Of a stretch of 64,000 nt of DNA, positions 61,200 through 64,000 are shown one piece after another. Below the pieces are notes generated by a model. The model saw only the letters and a list, made by a program, of their open reading frames with translations, was not told where the DNA came from and did no database searches. The stretch covers positions 30,426,071 to 30,490,070 of the forward strand of contig NC_057726.1 in NCBI RefSeq assembly GCF_004010195.1, in the 5' to 3' direction. Both the position numbers and the translations under genes were made by a program. How positions within the stretch are numbered: position 1 is the stretch's first letter; the number at the start of each line of letters is the position of its first letter. This stretch comes from Chiloscyllium plagiosum (taxonomy: Eukaryota).

Positions 61200-63850
61200 C
61201 ATTTGGTTTAAACTGCTTTACAGCCAACAGCCACAAGAATCAATTGACTAGTTTTATCAGTAAGTGCTGTGAGAAGAGCAAAGACTGTGAGTTCTCAGTG
61301 GCTGAACCACCTGAGTCGTAATGGGAGCAGTCTTATGTTCAACCCTATCAAAGTTTTTCAAGAAGACCTCTTGGAGAAAAAGAAAGAGAGATCACAACAT
61401 TTGTACACTGCTAAGGAAAACGGAAAAAAGATGAAGACATAATAGCCAGATATCAACATCTGCAAGCATTGGATACTTTACCTATACTTGTGCTCTGTAG
61501 TCAGGACCCTGAAAGCAAGCAAATTGTGTAGCGTGTGAGCTCCTGCACCCATCTGAAGCTGTCCTGTGTTCAAAGATCACTGCAAATCACAGTATGTTAG
61601 GACACTGGGAGGAATCGCCAGCACAAGAAATCTATTTCCAGAGATGCAACCAGAGGCTATGATAGGAGGTAACAAACAAGAAGCATGTATAGCATGCTAG
61701 TAGCAGTAACAGGAAGTGTGTCCGAGACCTGCATTGGTGCAAGCAAGAATATGAGGTTCGCAATAAGAGAGACCAGGGCAAAGGTTCAGAGTGTGTACTG
61801 TGAGCTATACAGGTTCATTGCGAACGTGACACAGCGTGTGGACAAAATGAAACAGTTAGAAGCCTGTGCAGTTATTAATACCATATGACTGAAGAAAGCT
61901 GGCAAAGACACGTAAAACCAAAGTCAACACGTGCCAGCCAGCTGGGTCAACATTCTGGAATAGCTCTGTGAGTCTACCTATAGCATATGGTCCACAGTGT
62001 TTCAAGAAGGCAGTTCACACCACCTTCTCAAAGTCAACAAGTTAACAAAAGTGCTGGCCAGAAAGTGACACCCACATCCCAGTTGTGAATAAAAAAATCC
62101 AAGCAGTCTCTAGATTGTGAATGGATCCTACTCTGGAGTTTGTTCACAAGTTGATTTGTACACAAGTCAGAAGACAATGCAGGGTGATGTAAAGCTGCTG
62201 TTCATAAGTACAGGAAATGTTCATACGTCAAGCCTTCATGGGATCGCATTCAAAAAGTATGAGTGTTTGTAATAAATGCTGGCCTAGCCAGAGCCACCCA
62301 CATCTGTGAGTGAATATAATTGTACCAGTCAGAATGCTGAAGGACATGTATCTGGATAATTGACATTAATACAATATAGAATTGCAAAAATTGGATGCAT
62401 ATATTGGCATTAGAACATTGAAAATGAAATGTAGCTATGGTAATTCTGCATGAAATTTATTTTACCTGGTGAGCATGAACAGACCAGCAATTACAAGATT
62501 ACCATTATGTACAAAGTCATAAGATCACAAATGTACCAAACACAACAGCACAGGCCAAGAGTAATCACATGAGTCAATCCAGAACTTACAACAAATATAT
62601 ACAGACAGATTCAACATCACAGGAAACCTCAAAGTCGATTTATTTGCACTTCAGAGAAGTGCAATTCCATCAATTGGAAAGTGCAGTGTTCACATACAAG
62701 ATAGGCTTAAGAGTTAGCTGAATGATACAGAGGATTATTCATCATGTCCATCAGCACACAGACTGGTGCAGTTTAATTACATATGTGCTACAGAAAAATG
62801 GCAAAATCGTTTGGACCCAAAACATCTAAATCTTTCTTTAATGATATGTCTGCACAAAATTCCAACATTAGAGGAATTGAGTCCCAAATTAGTCAGCTCA
62901 CTTGACAAAGGAATCTCAATAAATCATTATTTTGGAATACTATTGGAAGATATTGCTTCCAGCCCCCATTTTTCTGTCTACCCATTAGCCAGGATTTGCT
63001 CTAGCAGTCTGTGATAGAATTACAGAAGGTATGTCTGGATGTGTCTGTTTTGCTGATGATGTTGCCATGATGGGCATAACTCAAAAAGAGCACAACTAAA
63101 ATCTATACTCAGTAATGCAGCAGCTCATCATGAAGGACTCAGCTTCAACAGCAGCAAGTGATGGGTGGATATCGGTCAGAACAACCTCCTTTGATCTTTT
63201 GTCCAAATTACAAGATCCATCCTGACAAAACTGAAGAGTGCAACACATGCCTAGTGCTCGAAGACAAAGATGATCTGAGGAGATACCTTGCATTTTTGAC
63301 TCCAGCACTTTACACACCAATTGTTTTTGATAAAGTGTCATTGTTAGGAGACCTCTTAAGGAAAGGCATCTCATATGTATGGGCAGAAGGACCATCAATA
63401 TGTATTTGATTCACTCAAACAAGCTTTGTCAGCTCAGACTTGCATACTACACACATCTTACTATGACTGAAGGAACAAGATTCTTGAAGTTGATGCATCA
63501 CAGAAAAGGTCAGGAATGTGTATCATACAAGATGGCAAGCTAATTGGTTTCAGACCCAAAGGTCCACACTCCAATTGTTCCAATATAGAGTATCACATAT
63601 TTGCTTTGGTATTTGTAATTGCATGCATCCATATGCATCTGTCTGGCAAACAGTTCCATTTGGAAACCAATCATGAACCATTGGAAGTGATAGAGTGTAA
63701 ACCACTGACAAATGCACCATATAGATTAAAATGGTTTCTGGTAAAGGTACAGAGAAACAACTTCAATATATTCTACAAGCCTGATATTTGACCAAGATAA
63801 CTACTTTGGACACACTGAGCAGATTCCTAAATCTGACTAAGAATGCAAGA
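61200..63850 (+). mobile_element. Decayed Gypsy/Ty3 LTR retrotransposon (gag-pol) in the presumed DPEP1 intron
   Basis: Gag-like FISKCCEKSKDCEFS; RT VCFADDVA (~63043-63066); RNase H LEVDASQK and HLSGKQFHLETNHEPLEVIECKPLTNAPYRL...FNIFYKP. Confidence 0.82.
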
Positions 63851-64000
63851 CGTTTCACCAAACTTACAACTAAACAGTTAGCTTATCATAGTGGGATGGT
63901 CTGACATTGCATGAGAGGGGCCAGATACTGGTTTTGACTATATACAGTAGCTATGAACCAGGTTCCTCAAGAAGCATATCTTTTAAAGAGAATCAGGTGC

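Noticed and set aside
62099-62270. Tigger-like MITE remnant inside the Gypsy element
   Set aside because: Only one degraded end is visible, with no matching TIR.

Overview
Repeat-dense vertebrate genomic DNA, almost certainly from a cartilaginous fish (shark). It carries about 13 HE1-type V-SINEs, CR1/HER1-like, L2 and Rex/Babar LINE fragments, and many Penelope-like elements (PLEs). The only host protein-coding sequence I recognise is the first coding exon of a membrane dipeptidase (DPEP1-like; 56825-56928, +), which is too short for the ORF track; its next exon is not in the window. The left end holds the 5' half of a class I-like endogenous retrovirus on the minus strand (LTR, tRNA-Ser-like primer binding site, long leader, broken gag). 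Also present are a two-gene Harbinger fossil, a second Harbinger Myb-like remnant, decayed Gypsy pol fragments, pogo/Tigger-like MITEs and a 21-bp GC-rich minisatellite. Most interesting: (i) ~200-bp fold-back mini-elements made only of two inverted PLE terminal repeats with hammerhead-ribozyme cores, each flanked by a 10-17 bp target-site duplication; (ii) an intact-looking tRNA-Ile(AAT) that seems to have been inserted as one unit with two V-SINEs into an old L2. Nearly all listed ORFs are TE remnants or chance ORFs. Family names and boundaries come from manual motif reading, not database searches, and boundaries of old repeats are approximate.
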